A DNA stretch of 64,000 nt from an uncultured Candidatus Saccharibacteria bacterium (GCA_964448075.1 CAYUUR010000002.1:158010-222009), one strand, 5' to 3'. Positions 16,701 through 25,142 are shown, counted from the first letter of the stretch. Notes: a model not told the origin generated them from the letters alone. A program made the numbers and translations.

Positions 16701-17465
16701 GAGATGAATCGTATTCTGGGAGAAGTCTCGAAAGAAATGAACTTTGAGGTGCTTGATTGGCATAGTGTTGCTGCGCCAAATTACTCGTCCGACCCTATTC
16801 ATCCTAACCCTGTTAAGTATGCTGATTTTATTCTAGAGAAGGTAGGGCGTCCCGCAGTAAACTCTTCGGGCGTAAGTGGTGTCACATGCCCTGATAACCT
16901 CGAAGAAAAACCCGACAAACCCGGTTATTTCAAAATGCCAGATGCGCCGAACGGGGAATACTCAATCTACTCTGTTCCTGCACGAAGATATGGAAGTAAA
17001 CAACTCGTTTGTGTCTTAAGTACTGTCGCGAAAGCATACAACACCTTATACGCTGGTAGATCAAAAATGGATATCGGTGATCTTAACGCTGACGGACACA
17101 GTTCCCACTACAAAGGAATTGCCGTTGACTTGGACGCCAAAGGCGAGCTAGCTGCCGCTGATCACACGGGCTCAAAGCGAGGTACCTACGACAAGGAGGC
17201 CACAATAGCTCTCGGAAAATTATTAGTGGATACAGGAGCTATCCAAAATATCTGGTGGTGCGAACCTGGCGCGGTCGGGAAACCTAAAGGAATTGCACCT
17301 CGTCCTGAGCATCTATCTGGAAACGATGGAACTATGAACGCGATTCGTGATTATGCCAAAGAAAAAGGAACACCGATTACGTTGTATTGCATTTCAGGAC
17401 ACCAGAATCACTTTCATGTTGATATAAAGGAGGAGTTTGCGCTACAAGGATCATGGAAGCCATGA
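13794..17465 (+). CDS. membrane-anchored giant cell-wall hydrolase: SGNH/GDSL esterase plus M15 (LAS) zinc peptidase domains
   Basis: 1223 aa, SD GAGGG. TM helix at aa ~116-134. SGNH blocks IGDSL (S827), LGTNDG, DPIHP fall at nt ~16248-16838. M15 motifs SSHYKGIAVD (SxHxxGxAxD) and HFH fall at nt ~16911-17438. Confidence 0.65.
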   Translation: MALKLDDKPDELYDDGHPSWQTNIQGLEDSYNSASASDGDLPDGHPSKSSSGKNLSDMESKGATAAPGSNAEQTEKKGLTDALGGAGTAASWATNIASKRVPVAWLGANKKKAAAGGGVFGAIIAFFVGTAIITQGPLQLIHAGQMLKGFHWSSNEEFGNERSGNLLFAAKNIADGNAYRNNLGVVGNKFADTYDKRLAKQGIEFERGNKRLAQSVTIDRNTDAGRKLEARLASEGIDVAELDGNKLKVDLTGDDVIKKINSVTDGALDSINRKGKASYVSRKILRLRNGTSWNVLQNKARAKTQELGDYYKERREKRAEKRKQGASDLDADRAKAQDVDKNGDGEIDGPDPEAEKAANAGNEILDDVTDTDVTKVDGQAKLGDAQKSLMQKLGPAGKVAGGAVAVVGLTCAARSIGNAAEDAQYASNILPMIRMGTDIISIASQVQSGQVNIDEVGSVVNDFFDETEKPAAKSFFAAKSIQVNQGNPNAGGPDLPEEANPGSLGKKPVVFDVIDRIPGIEQACFVTDKAGELPVVKQFGDASNAIISSGIESLTGKSTEDFVSMLINYVAGNAVNVLAQGAELGNLANAGSFLAANENALSMGGRKLTGEEVAELREYNAEIQRRENSQKTFFARMFDLNDAQSLLSKNTVQNPNVASVSASTQSFLKAPASLLSNVSSILSPRAHAAATNYDFGVPTYGFSLSERRDARFSDPYESAEKIYDKLDKLNEEYGECFQVKITKDGKLTQEEGVPYTKIPDKCNGNSEDLLRYRFWVADTVLSKGLSCMDGMDENDCTELGFGSTGDTNESAANASTSNPNLYMIGDSLSIHLRSGGTADIVKRFKENGWTDVCVEAEEGRPLGASEMTQSFAEKGEPPIDCRGATNTKTKGLLQINQQPDKDAIAKAGTVVISLGTNDGPSAFTSFRDNVKKMVTDIRTINPAVQIKWINTYTARDVTSGGTYLIKDFDEMNRILGEVSKEMNFEVLDWHSVAAPNYSSDPIHPNPVKYADFILEKVGRPAVNSSGVSGVTCPDNLEEKPDKPGYFKMPDAPNGEYSIYSVPARRYGSKQLVCVLSTVAKAYNTLYAGRSKMDIGDLNADGHSSHYKGIAVDLDAKGELAAADHTGSKRGTYDKEATIALGKLLVDTGAIQNIWWCEPGAVGKPKGIAPRPEHLSGNDGTMNAIRDYAKEKGTPITLYCISGHQNHFHVDIKEEFALQGSWKP

Positions 17466-20044
17466 CATACAAACACAGGTTAGGTATCGGACTCCTTTTA
17501 CTACTGACGGTATTCATGTCGTTTCAAAACACTGTAGTGTACGGGCTCTCTGCGGCACAAAAAGCACTTATCGAAAGTGGTGTACATGACTACAATATTG
17601 AGGAACCTGATTGTAGTGCAGTTGGAACTCCTACAATTCCTGGTGGACAGCAGGCCGCAACTTCTGCTCCACCAAAGTCGATATACATGCTTGGTGATTC
17701 GATAACAAACGGTGCAATTGCCAAATATAAGAAGGCTTTTGATGCAGCCGGCATCAGTAGTTATGTCAATGCGTCGGGAGGTAGGTCCTGGACTGGTGGC
17801 GGTATAGCAGGAGCCGTCACACCTGAAGGAAGTCTAAAACCCGGAAAGGACGCAGTCATCGATGATAAACAAAAAATAAAGGAAGCGGGGGGGATTATTA
17901 TTGCCTTAGGGACCAACGGCGGTGAAGCCAACAACCCGATCTCCGAGATTATTGATACTTTCCGTTCCGCAGACTACAACCCAACTGCACCGATATGGTG
18001 GGTGAATACAGCAACCGTGAAGGGCCTAGAAGCTCTTGGACCATTTAATAAAAAACTTGATGAGCAAGCTACTGCGCAAAACTTTAACGTAATTTCGTGG
18101 GCAAAAACAGTTAATCCAGCAGGCGACCCGTATGTGATGCCGACAGATAATGCTGCGGGGTTTATTGCTGGGGGCGATAATGTACACCCATCGGGGGCAG
18201 GGCAGGATGCACTTGTAAAACAAGTTGTCGACACAATAGCCGCCGGGGTGAAGCCTTCTATTCAAGTAAGTGGTAATACCTGTAAGTGTGAAGCGCCGGG
18301 CATTGCCGGATCACCGACTTTAAAGGGCGGTACAAACCCTGAAATTATGTTTAATTACTATGTTGACCTTGGCCTTTCGCCTGCACAGGCAGCTGGAATA
18401 ACTGGTAATGCTATGGCGGAAAGTGGCGCAAATATTGATCCTAGGATTCGTAGCCCAGCTGGTTACACCGGTATATTTCAATGGGATAAAAGTAGTCGTT
18501 GGCCTCGGTTAGTTAGCTGGGCAAAAGAAAAGGGTAAAGATGAATACGCTCTGGAAACCCAGATGGAATTTGCATGGCTTGAGGCAACAGAGCGCGGCAT
18601 TGATCAAGAAATGAAGAATCAGAATACTGTCGAACTAGCGACTTGGTATTGGGGACGTTTCTTTGAAATTGCAATAATTAATGGCAGTAAAAGTAAAGAA
18701 CCTCTTACGAACGTGCAGATACTTGATAAAAGAACAAATTTTGCCCGTGACGTACTGGCTTCGTTTGGAGGCAATACACCTTCAACAATAAGCGCAACAG
18801 AATCCTCCGGTGATACAGGTGCAAAAACTGTTGTCGCACTTGATCCAGGTCACGGTGCAGCAATCCCTGATTACACTGATCCGATAACTGGACTAAAAGA
18901 CCGAGAAACGGCTAACTCTCCAGAAAGAGAAGACGTACAAGATGTTGCTAATCGCATTAAAACTAGTCTCGAAAAAGACGGTTACTCCGTCATATTGCTG
19001 AAAGACACTGCCGATGGCAGTATTAACAAAAGGGAGCGCGTTAATAAGGCGATTAGTGCGAATGCTAACTTAGTAGTAAGTCTCCATACAACACCTGGTG
19101 AGCAGAATGAAGTGTGGCCGCAAAGGGTGGGTAAATTCCGTGAGAATAATGACGACAAAAAGCGTGTTACTTTTGAGAACGAAGAGACAGCTGTTGCAAG
19201 TGATAAATTTGCGAAAGCTATCGCCGAAGAGCGTACCAAAACACAGGGTAAGCCAGTCGATACCGATGAAGACCAATCGTCGCAGAAAGCAGCCTTCTCT
19301 GCAGAAAGAGATGGTCTTAATGCTTCAGGGGATATATCGCTCGTTCAGTTATGGTCCACTGATATCCCGTGGGTCTACAACGAAATCGGTCAAGATGGTC
19401 CAGGAAACAGTATTACTGAACAAACAAAACAAGCTTATGCTGATGGTGTTGTGAATGGTATTAAGAAGTCTCTGCCTGTTAGTGCAGGATCAAACACGAC
19501 GAACTGCGTTGATAGTACTTCAGTTGGCTCGGGCGATCTTGCTGCGACCATCAAAGCATATGCTTGGCCTGATCAACGCAACACAGGTGACGCCAATGCT
19601 CGAGAGATGATGCCGGCATATAAAGAGGCTGTGGCAAAATCAACAGCCGAAGGAATTTATAACGGGGGGACTACATATGATGGAATTGACTGTGGCGGCT
19701 TCGTAACACTCGCACTTCTTAATAGTGGTTATGAGCCGAATTATAACTTTGCCGGTAAGGGTGGGCCGACAGGCACTCAACTTGACTGGGTGCGAAAGAA
19801 TTGGCAGAAATTGGGTAGGGGTAACGAAATTAACACTGGCACACTTCAGTTAGGTGATGTTGCATTTCGAGTGACATCAAGTGGCGGAAATGCAGGTCAT
19901 ACTTTTGTATACGTTGGCCAACTAGACGGGTTTAATGGTATTGTGGCATCAGCGGGACTTAATAATCGTGCACCCTCCGCAAATGGTGGTTATGACGATA
20001 AGAATGTTACTAAATCATCATACGAATGGTATAGGAAGAAGTAG
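17453..20044 (+). CDS. secreted four-domain peptidoglycan hydrolase: SGNH esterase, phage-tail-lysozyme-like, Amidase_3 and NlpC/P60-like domains
   Basis: 863 aa with an N-terminal signal/TM segment. SGNH motifs LGDSITNG, LGTNGG, DNVHPS at nt ~17675-18238. Lysozyme-like GITGNAMAESG..GIFQW at ~18326-18763. Amidase_3 motifs LDPGHG..E..VSLHT at ~18824-19477. NlpC/P60-like GIDCGGFV..GHTFVYVG at ~19535-20041. The start overlaps the upstream stop by 13 nt. Confidence 0.7.
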   Translation: MEAMTYKHRLGIGLLLLLTVFMSFQNTVVYGLSAAQKALIESGVHDYNIEEPDCSAVGTPTIPGGQQAATSAPPKSIYMLGDSITNGAIAKYKKAFDAAGISSYVNASGGRSWTGGGIAGAVTPEGSLKPGKDAVIDDKQKIKEAGGIIIALGTNGGEANNPISEIIDTFRSADYNPTAPIWWVNTATVKGLEALGPFNKKLDEQATAQNFNVISWAKTVNPAGDPYVMPTDNAAGFIAGGDNVHPSGAGQDALVKQVVDTIAAGVKPSIQVSGNTCKCEAPGIAGSPTLKGGTNPEIMFNYYVDLGLSPAQAAGITGNAMAESGANIDPRIRSPAGYTGIFQWDKSSRWPRLVSWAKEKGKDEYALETQMEFAWLEATERGIDQEMKNQNTVELATWYWGRFFEIAIINGSKSKEPLTNVQILDKRTNFARDVLASFGGNTPSTISATESSGDTGAKTVVALDPGHGAAIPDYTDPITGLKDRETANSPEREDVQDVANRIKTSLEKDGYSVILLKDTADGSINKRERVNKAISANANLVVSLHTTPGEQNEVWPQRVGKFRENNDDKKRVTFENEETAVASDKFAKAIAEERTKTQGKPVDTDEDQSSQKAAFSAERDGLNASGDISLVQLWSTDIPWVYNEIGQDGPGNSITEQTKQAYADGVVNGIKKSLPVSAGSNTTNCVDSTSVGSGDLAATIKAYAWPDQRNTGDANAREMMPAYKEAVAKSTAEGIYNGGTTYDGIDCGGFVTLALLNSGYEPNYNFAGKGGPTGTQLDWVRKNWQKLGRGNEINTGTLQLGDVAFRVTSSGGNAGHTFVYVGQLDGFNGIVASAGLNNRAPSANGGYDDKNVTKSSYEWYRKK

Positions 20045-20683
20045 ATGCAAAGATCTCAAACAAGAATAAAGGTATTTATTACAGCCATTGCAATAATCAC
20101 GGTAGCTATAATACTCTATTTCTTGATTAGCGGTATATCAAGACGTGGTGAGACAAAGTTAAACATTCAGACTATTCCCTCGAGTGCAGAAGTTAAAATT
20201 GACGGGAAAGCGGCAAGAAAATCAACCTACCTATCACCCGGAGAACATACCTTAAGTATCTCCGCTTCTGGCTTTGAAACTCAAGAGGATACAGTGAATA
20301 TTAGTAACGGCGCTACGACACGATACTACCCATTAACACCAGTGTCTGAATCAGCTAAAGCTTGGGCAAAGAAGAATCAGACACTCTACTTGCAGCTTGA
20401 GGGAAAAGTGGCAGAACAAAATAGAATTGAAGGGGAGACATTTGCAAAGAATAACCCTATTACGAATGTATTGCCTTATCGGGGTGCTTTATATGATATT
20501 GAGTATCGTCAGAAGGCGAATGGTCAGATTGTCATCCTAATAATTGCTGATAGCGCTGAAAACAGAGCGTTTGCACTACGGAAGATAGAAAATATGGGTT
20601 ATCAACCGACTGATTTTGAGATAGAGTTTCCCGTTAATTTTTCTAATGTGTTCGACAATTTAGAGGAGTACGAGGAAGGTTAG
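20045..20683 (+). CDS. TM-anchored PEGA-domain-like protein
   Basis: 212 aa. One N-terminal TM helix, then LNIQTIPSSAEVKIDGKAARKSTYLSPGEHTLSISASGFETQEDTV (PEGA-like). The ATG directly follows the upstream stop. Confidence 0.5.
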   Translation: MQRSQTRIKVFITAIAIITVAIILYFLISGISRRGETKLNIQTIPSSAEVKIDGKAARKSTYLSPGEHTLSISASGFETQEDTVNISNGATTRYYPLTPVSESAKAWAKKNQTLYLQLEGKVAEQNRIEGETFAKNNPITNVLPYRGALYDIEYRQKANGQIVILIIADSAENRAFALRKIENMGYQPTDFEIEFPVNFSNVFDNLEEYEEG

Positions 20684-20684
20684 T

Positions 20685-21374
20685 ATGTCTAGACGCAGAT
20701 TGATTGTTTTGTCGTTACTACTAATAATTGTATGTTTCCTTATCTTCATAGGGGTGCAATATGTGAACTCTTTTAACACAGTTAAGATCCTCATAAAGCA
20801 ACCACCTACAGAATCCGTTACAGTAAAGATTTACCCCCTGATCGACCACGAATCGTCGACTAAAGACTACGAAGATAAAACACCACTAAAAGAAACGAGT
20901 AGTGACATTAATATACGTCTCAAAAATGGCGAGTACGTCATAGTGATACCTGAGGGCACGGTCTATGAACCACTCGTACAAGAGTTCGCCGTCGATGCAT
21001 CACGTAAAGATGCCGTAGTACTACCTCGTTATAGTAGTCAAGGCCTAGAATCTCAACTTAACAAACAAAGATCAGATATCCGAGCCGTGCTATACACTCA
21101 GTATGATTTTCTAAACCCCAAGAAGCGGCTATATACATTCTTAGACGAGAAACTACACTTACAGGGTAATTGGTATACCGCTACCGTTCGTGAGTTAATC
21201 CCTGGCAGAAACAAATCAGATATATATCGTATCGTTGCCCAGAAGAAGGAAGATAATTGGATTCTGGTAACGATTCCTCCGGATCTAGTAATTAGTAATG
21301 TAAGGTACCCTGACATACCTAGGGAAGTTCTCCTTGACCTTAATGGGCGTCAATCTATAGCTGACTTACAGTAA
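20685..21374 (+). CDS. TM-anchored hypothetical protein, last gene of the T4SS-like operon
   Basis: 229 aa. One N-terminal TM helix. 1-nt gap to the upstream gene. No family recognised. Confidence 0.45.
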   Translation: MSRRRLIVLSLLLIIVCFLIFIGVQYVNSFNTVKILIKQPPTESVTVKIYPLIDHESSTKDYEDKTPLKETSSDINIRLKNGEYVIVIPEGTVYEPLVQEFAVDASRKDAVVLPRYSSQGLESQLNKQRSDIRAVLYTQYDFLNPKKRLYTFLDEKLHLQGNWYTATVRELIPGRNKSDIYRIVAQKKEDNWILVTIPPDLVISNVRYPDIPREVLLDLNGRQSIADLQ

Positions 21375-22413
21375 TAAGGTGGGCTGCTTGAAACTGTTTC
21401 TTGGCTACATCCGCATCGGTTGTCGTTATAAATGTCTGGTAGTTCGTTAGATACTTTGTAAGAGCCTTACGCCGAGCCCCGTCTAATTCACTAAAGACAT
21501 CATCAAGCAGAAGGAGGGGTTTTTCTTGGCGAGCCTGTTCAAGTAATTGTAGTTCTATGATTTTAAGCGTGAGGAGGAGTGTACGAATCTCACCACGAGA
21601 AGCGGTTTGCTGTTGTAGATGACCGTTCAGGAACACTATAATATCTTCACGATGCGGTCCTACTGAGGTGAAGCCACGCAAGGTATCAAGTTGGTGTCGC
21701 TCCTCTAGTTTCTGGTGTAGGTATGATCCGTAGTTTTGTGCCGGTATGTCTGGTTGGTAGATAATTTTTACTTCATTCACTTTACCAGCAATTGCACTAT
21801 AGGTTTGGCTGGCAAGCGCATTTATTGACTCAATTAACTCAAGTCGTTTCTGGACAATCACCGCACCAAACTCGCTCAAACGCAAATCCCAGACAAACAG
21901 TTGATCCCTAGCTATAAATTCCTGCTTCTTAAGTAAATTATTCCTTTGGAGTAGTGTTCTTTTGTAGTTTGCCCACGTTTTGATATAGGTACTGTCAATC
22001 TGTTCAATAATTGTGTCGAGAAACTCTCTTCTCAGGTCGGGCGCACCAACTAAGAATTGAAGATGGTTTGGCTCAAATAACACTACCGGTATTGTCTGTG
22101 CTGTACCTATTCGAATATATGATTTATCGCCGATTGTGAGTGTTTTTTTAAGTTTACCGAGTTCTTCCTGAATCTTTATTGTTCGTGTGTCATTAGGAGT
22201 GTCTGCATCGATCCGCGCCCACTCATATGTATGCGCTATGAGTTCTTGGTCTTTTGCCCGAAACGACTTACCGCGACAAATCATCAGTATTGCCTCTAGA
22301 AGATTGGTTTTGCCACTCGCATTTGGTCCGATAATAATATTCACCCCATCTTCAAACTCAAACGAGGCATCCTCGTACGATCTGAAGTGCTGTAAACGAA
22401 TATCGGTAATCAT
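21355..22413 (-). CDS. recF: DNA replication and repair protein RecF
   Basis: 352 aa. N-terminus MITDIRLQHFRSY, Walker A GPNASGKTN, and LLLLDDVFSELD near the C-terminus. Lies downstream of dnaN. Confidence 0.9.
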   Translation of the reverse strand: MITDIRLQHFRSYEDASFEFEDGVNIIIGPNASGKTNLLEAILMICRGKSFRAKDQELIAHTYEWARIDADTPNDTRTIKIQEELGKLKKTLTIGDKSYIRIGTAQTIPVVLFEPNHLQFLVGAPDLRREFLDTIIEQIDSTYIKTWANYKRTLLQRNNLLKKQEFIARDQLFVWDLRLSEFGAVIVQKRLELIESINALASQTYSAIAGKVNEVKIIYQPDIPAQNYGSYLHQKLEERHQLDTLRGFTSVGPHREDIIVFLNGHLQQQTASRGEIRTLLLTLKIIELQLLEQARQEKPLLLLDDVFSELDGARRKALTKYLTNYQTFITTTDADVAKKQFQAAHLITVSQL

Positions 22414-22430
22414 GAACCTATTGTATCGAA

Positions 22431-23522
22431 CTAGCTCTTCAGCGGCATGATTATGTGCGTGTAGTCTTTGTTTTGGACGGCGCGCAGCACGCTCGGCTCA
22501 AGCTTACCATTAAAGCTAAATTCAACTTCATCACCACCGACCGCGTTAAGTGCATCAAGTAAGTAGCGAGAATTAAGCGTAATCTCACCACTACCAGAAA
22601 CTTTTGCTGGTGCACTGGCGGTATTTTCACCAAGTTGTGAGGCTATTGAATGAATACTAATCGTTTGTGCGTCCTGGTCTAGCTTCAGCGTAATACTTCC
22701 GGCGTTTTCGCGAGCAAAAAGGGAGGATACCTTGGCTATATTAGTGAACTCACTTCTTTTTACTTCTGCAGATGAGTCAAAGTGTTGCGGTATGAGTTTT
22801 TGGTAGTCTGGGTATTTACCCTCAATTAATCGTGTTACAAGCTCAATATCACCAATTCTAAACTGTACTTGCTGTTCATCATTCGTGACAATAATTTCTT
22901 CATCACTATCAGTAATAAGACGAAGAATTTCTGTTAAAGCGTTTGCCGGTATAAGGAGAGATAATTCATGCTTACTTGTGGTGAGGTTTTTCTCTGCTAA
23001 TCGGTAACTGTCAGTTGCAGCCATGAATAGTTTCGATCCATCACTGTGAAGGTAAATACCAGTAAGTACAGGACGTGTTTCGTCGCTCGATGCCGCAAAT
23101 ACCACCTGCTGCAAAGCTTTTTTAAACTCCTGTGCTTGAAGATTCCATGTCGTACCATCGTTGATTGCCGGCATAACAGGGTATTCTTCGGCTGAAGTTC
23201 CATTAATAGTTGAGTTATATTGATCTGTTTTTATATGGAGTTTAGTTTCTTCAAGCTCAATATCAATCACGCCAGAGGGGAGACTACTAACAAAATCTTG
23301 AAGCAAACGAGCTGGGAGGGTTATCGTTCCTTCTTCTTTAACTTTTGAGCCGATGTAGTGTGTAATTGCTATATCAAGGTTTGTTGCCGCAATGCTAAGT
23401 CGGTTATCAATCGTCTTAAATAAAACATTAGAGAGGATGGGTAAGGTACTTCGACTATTAGCTATTCTAGAAACACTATTTAGTGCGCGATTGAGGTTTT
23501 CTTGTGTGACTTGAAGCTTCAT
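22431..23522 (-). CDS. dnaN: DNA polymerase III beta subunit (sliding clamp)
   Basis: 363 aa. N-terminus MKLQVTQENLNRALNSVSRIANSRSTLPILSNVL and C-terminus IIMPLKS. Conserved dnaA-dnaN-recF order. Confidence 0.9.
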   Translation of the reverse strand: MKLQVTQENLNRALNSVSRIANSRSTLPILSNVLFKTIDNRLSIAATNLDIAITHYIGSKVKEEGTITLPARLLQDFVSSLPSGVIDIELEETKLHIKTDQYNSTINGTSAEEYPVMPAINDGTTWNLQAQEFKKALQQVVFAASSDETRPVLTGIYLHSDGSKLFMAATDSYRLAEKNLTTSKHELSLLIPANALTEILRLITDSDEEIIVTNDEQQVQFRIGDIELVTRLIEGKYPDYQKLIPQHFDSSAEVKRSEFTNIAKVSSLFARENAGSITLKLDQDAQTISIHSIASQLGENTASAPAKVSGSGEITLNSRYLLDALNAVGGDEVEFSFNGKLEPSVLRAVQNKDYTHIIMPLKS

Positions 23523-23777
23523 GAGCTTATTCCTTTATATATATTAGTAGTTATAGTAGGTCCTGTGGATAGGGTGTATAACCATTGATTAACAGATTGA
23601 AAATTGGAATTTTTACTGTGGGTAAGTTGAGTACATACTGTGCTCAGATAGTGGTATAAACTTTCCAGAAAATTAAGAATGATTTTTTTTCTGTGGGAAG
23701 CGGGTATAACTTCGCGTTTCATCCACATAGATCCAGTACGCTTATAAACAGACAATCCACAGTACCAGACCATCTTA
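23523..23777. promoter_or_regulatory. oriC part 1: DnaA-box cluster plus AT-rich stretch in the dnaA-dnaN spacer
   Basis: DnaA-box-like 9-mers (consensus TTATCCACA): CTATCCACA (23572-23564, minus), TTACCCACA (23625-23617, minus), CTTCCCACA (23701-23693, minus), TCATCCACA (23719-23727), CAATCCACA (23753-23761). AT-rich TTTATATATATTAGTAGTTATAGTAG at ~23534-23560 is a candidate unwinding element. Confidence 0.6.
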
Positions 23778-25142
23778 TTATGCATATAAACGTTCCTTTA
23801 TTTCTGTTACTGCAGACTTTATGTCACTATCAAATGCAACTTCTTTCTCTATTTTCTCTACTGAATGAATTGCGGTTGTATGGTCTTTGCGACCAAGTTC
23901 ACGAGCTATTTTAGGAAAGCTCAAATGGAGCTCGCTTCGGAGCATATACATAGCAACTTGCCGAGGCACAACAATATCTTTGTCTCTCTTAGGGCCGAGA
24001 ATATCATCCATAGATATCTGGAAATGTTTAGCGGTGCGTTCAACTACCTGCTTGGCGCTGATATGTTTCGGGCGACTTCTTTGTCCACCTAGTAAACTTG
24101 TAGCAATCGGGAGATCTGGTGTAAGGTTACGCATTTCACAAAAGGCAAGCAGTTGATTCAGTGCGCCTTCAAGCTCACGAATGTTTGTAGTAACGTTATT
24201 TGCTAAGAATTCGACAACCTCTACAGTAAGGTTATTACCATGGACACTCGCTTTGGTCTGTATGATTGCACAGCGTGTTTCGAAGTCTGGGATCTGCATA
24301 TCGATATTCATACCCCATGCAAAACGTGACTTTAAGCGATCTTCTAGTGTGGGTATTTCTTTCGGCGACTTATCACTACTCATTATAATCTGTTTATTGG
24401 CCTGGTGGAGTGCATTAAAGGTGTGAAAGAACTCCTGTTGAGTGGTTTCTTTACCAGCAATAAATTGAATGTCATCAACAATAAGCACATCAGCACTTCG
24501 GTAATATCCAGCAAAATCAGTGTTCTTACGATATCGAACGGCGTCAACAAATTCCTGAACGAACTGCTCAGTAGAAACATATACAATGCGTGCATCTGGC
24601 TTTCGTGCCAGGACCTCATTGCCAACCGCCTGAATCAGGTGAGTCTTACCAATACCAACCCCACCATATATAAAGAGGGGATTATACTTTGTGCCTGGGT
24701 TTGCAGCGACTGCTTGGCAAGCCGCAAAGGCTAGCTCGTTACCTGGGCCTACAATAAAGTTATCGAACGTGTAGCGTTCATTAATCCCTTGGCGATATGA
24801 GTGACTCAATGCATTCGACGATTTACGCTTCGGAGTAGAACCAGTACGTTCACCCAGAATCATTGGTTCTTCTTCATCTTTTTTTGGTGCACTGACACCA
24901 GAATGAATCTTGTAATCAATTCTTTCGGGATTCACACCATTCTTACTAAGAATATCCTCAATTAACTGGTTATATTTCCGTTCTAGCTGTTGCTTAATGA
25001 ATACATTCGGTACACCAATAACAAGAACCTTGTCTTTGTATTTTAAGAGTCGAGTATTTTTGAACCAAGTGATATAACTGGCACGCGAAATAGTGAGCTC
25101 AATTTCTCCTAAGACCGCCTGCCATACATTGGTTTGTTGCAT
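23778..25142 (-). CDS. dnaA: chromosomal replication initiator protein DnaA
   Basis: 454 aa. Walker A GGVGIGKTHL, box VII region, and C-terminal DNA-binding helix (VAMYMLRSELHLSFPKIARELGRKDHTTAIHS). Confidence 0.95.
   Translation of the reverse strand: MQQTNVWQAVLGEIELTISRASYITWFKNTRLLKYKDKVLVIGVPNVFIKQQLERKYNQLIEDILSKNGVNPERIDYKIHSGVSAPKKDEEEPMILGERTGSTPKRKSSNALSHSYRQGINERYTFDNFIVGPGNELAFAACQAVAANPGTKYNPLFIYGGVGIGKTHLIQAVGNEVLARKPDARIVYVSTEQFVQEFVDAVRYRKNTDFAGYYRSADVLIVDDIQFIAGKETTQQEFFHTFNALHQANKQIIMSSDKSPKEIPTLEDRLKSRFAWGMNIDMQIPDFETRCAIIQTKASVHGNNLTVEVVEFLANNVTTNIRELEGALNQLLAFCEMRNLTPDLPIATSLLGGQRSRPKHISAKQVVERTAKHFQISMDDILGPKRDKDIVVPRQVAMYMLRSELHLSFPKIARELGRKDHTTAIHSVEKIEKEVAFDSDIKSAVTEIKERLYA

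Noticed and set aside
21355-21374. 20-nt convergent overlap between the last T4SS-operon gene and recF
   Set aside because: Short 3'-end overlaps are common in this very compact genome. No hairpin or other signal was seen in the overlap.
23519-23785. 88-aa ORF filling the dnaN-dnaA spacer
   Set aside because: The region is AT-rich, full of DnaA-box-like 9-mers and sits in the canonical oriC position. The ORF overlaps both neighbouring gene ends.
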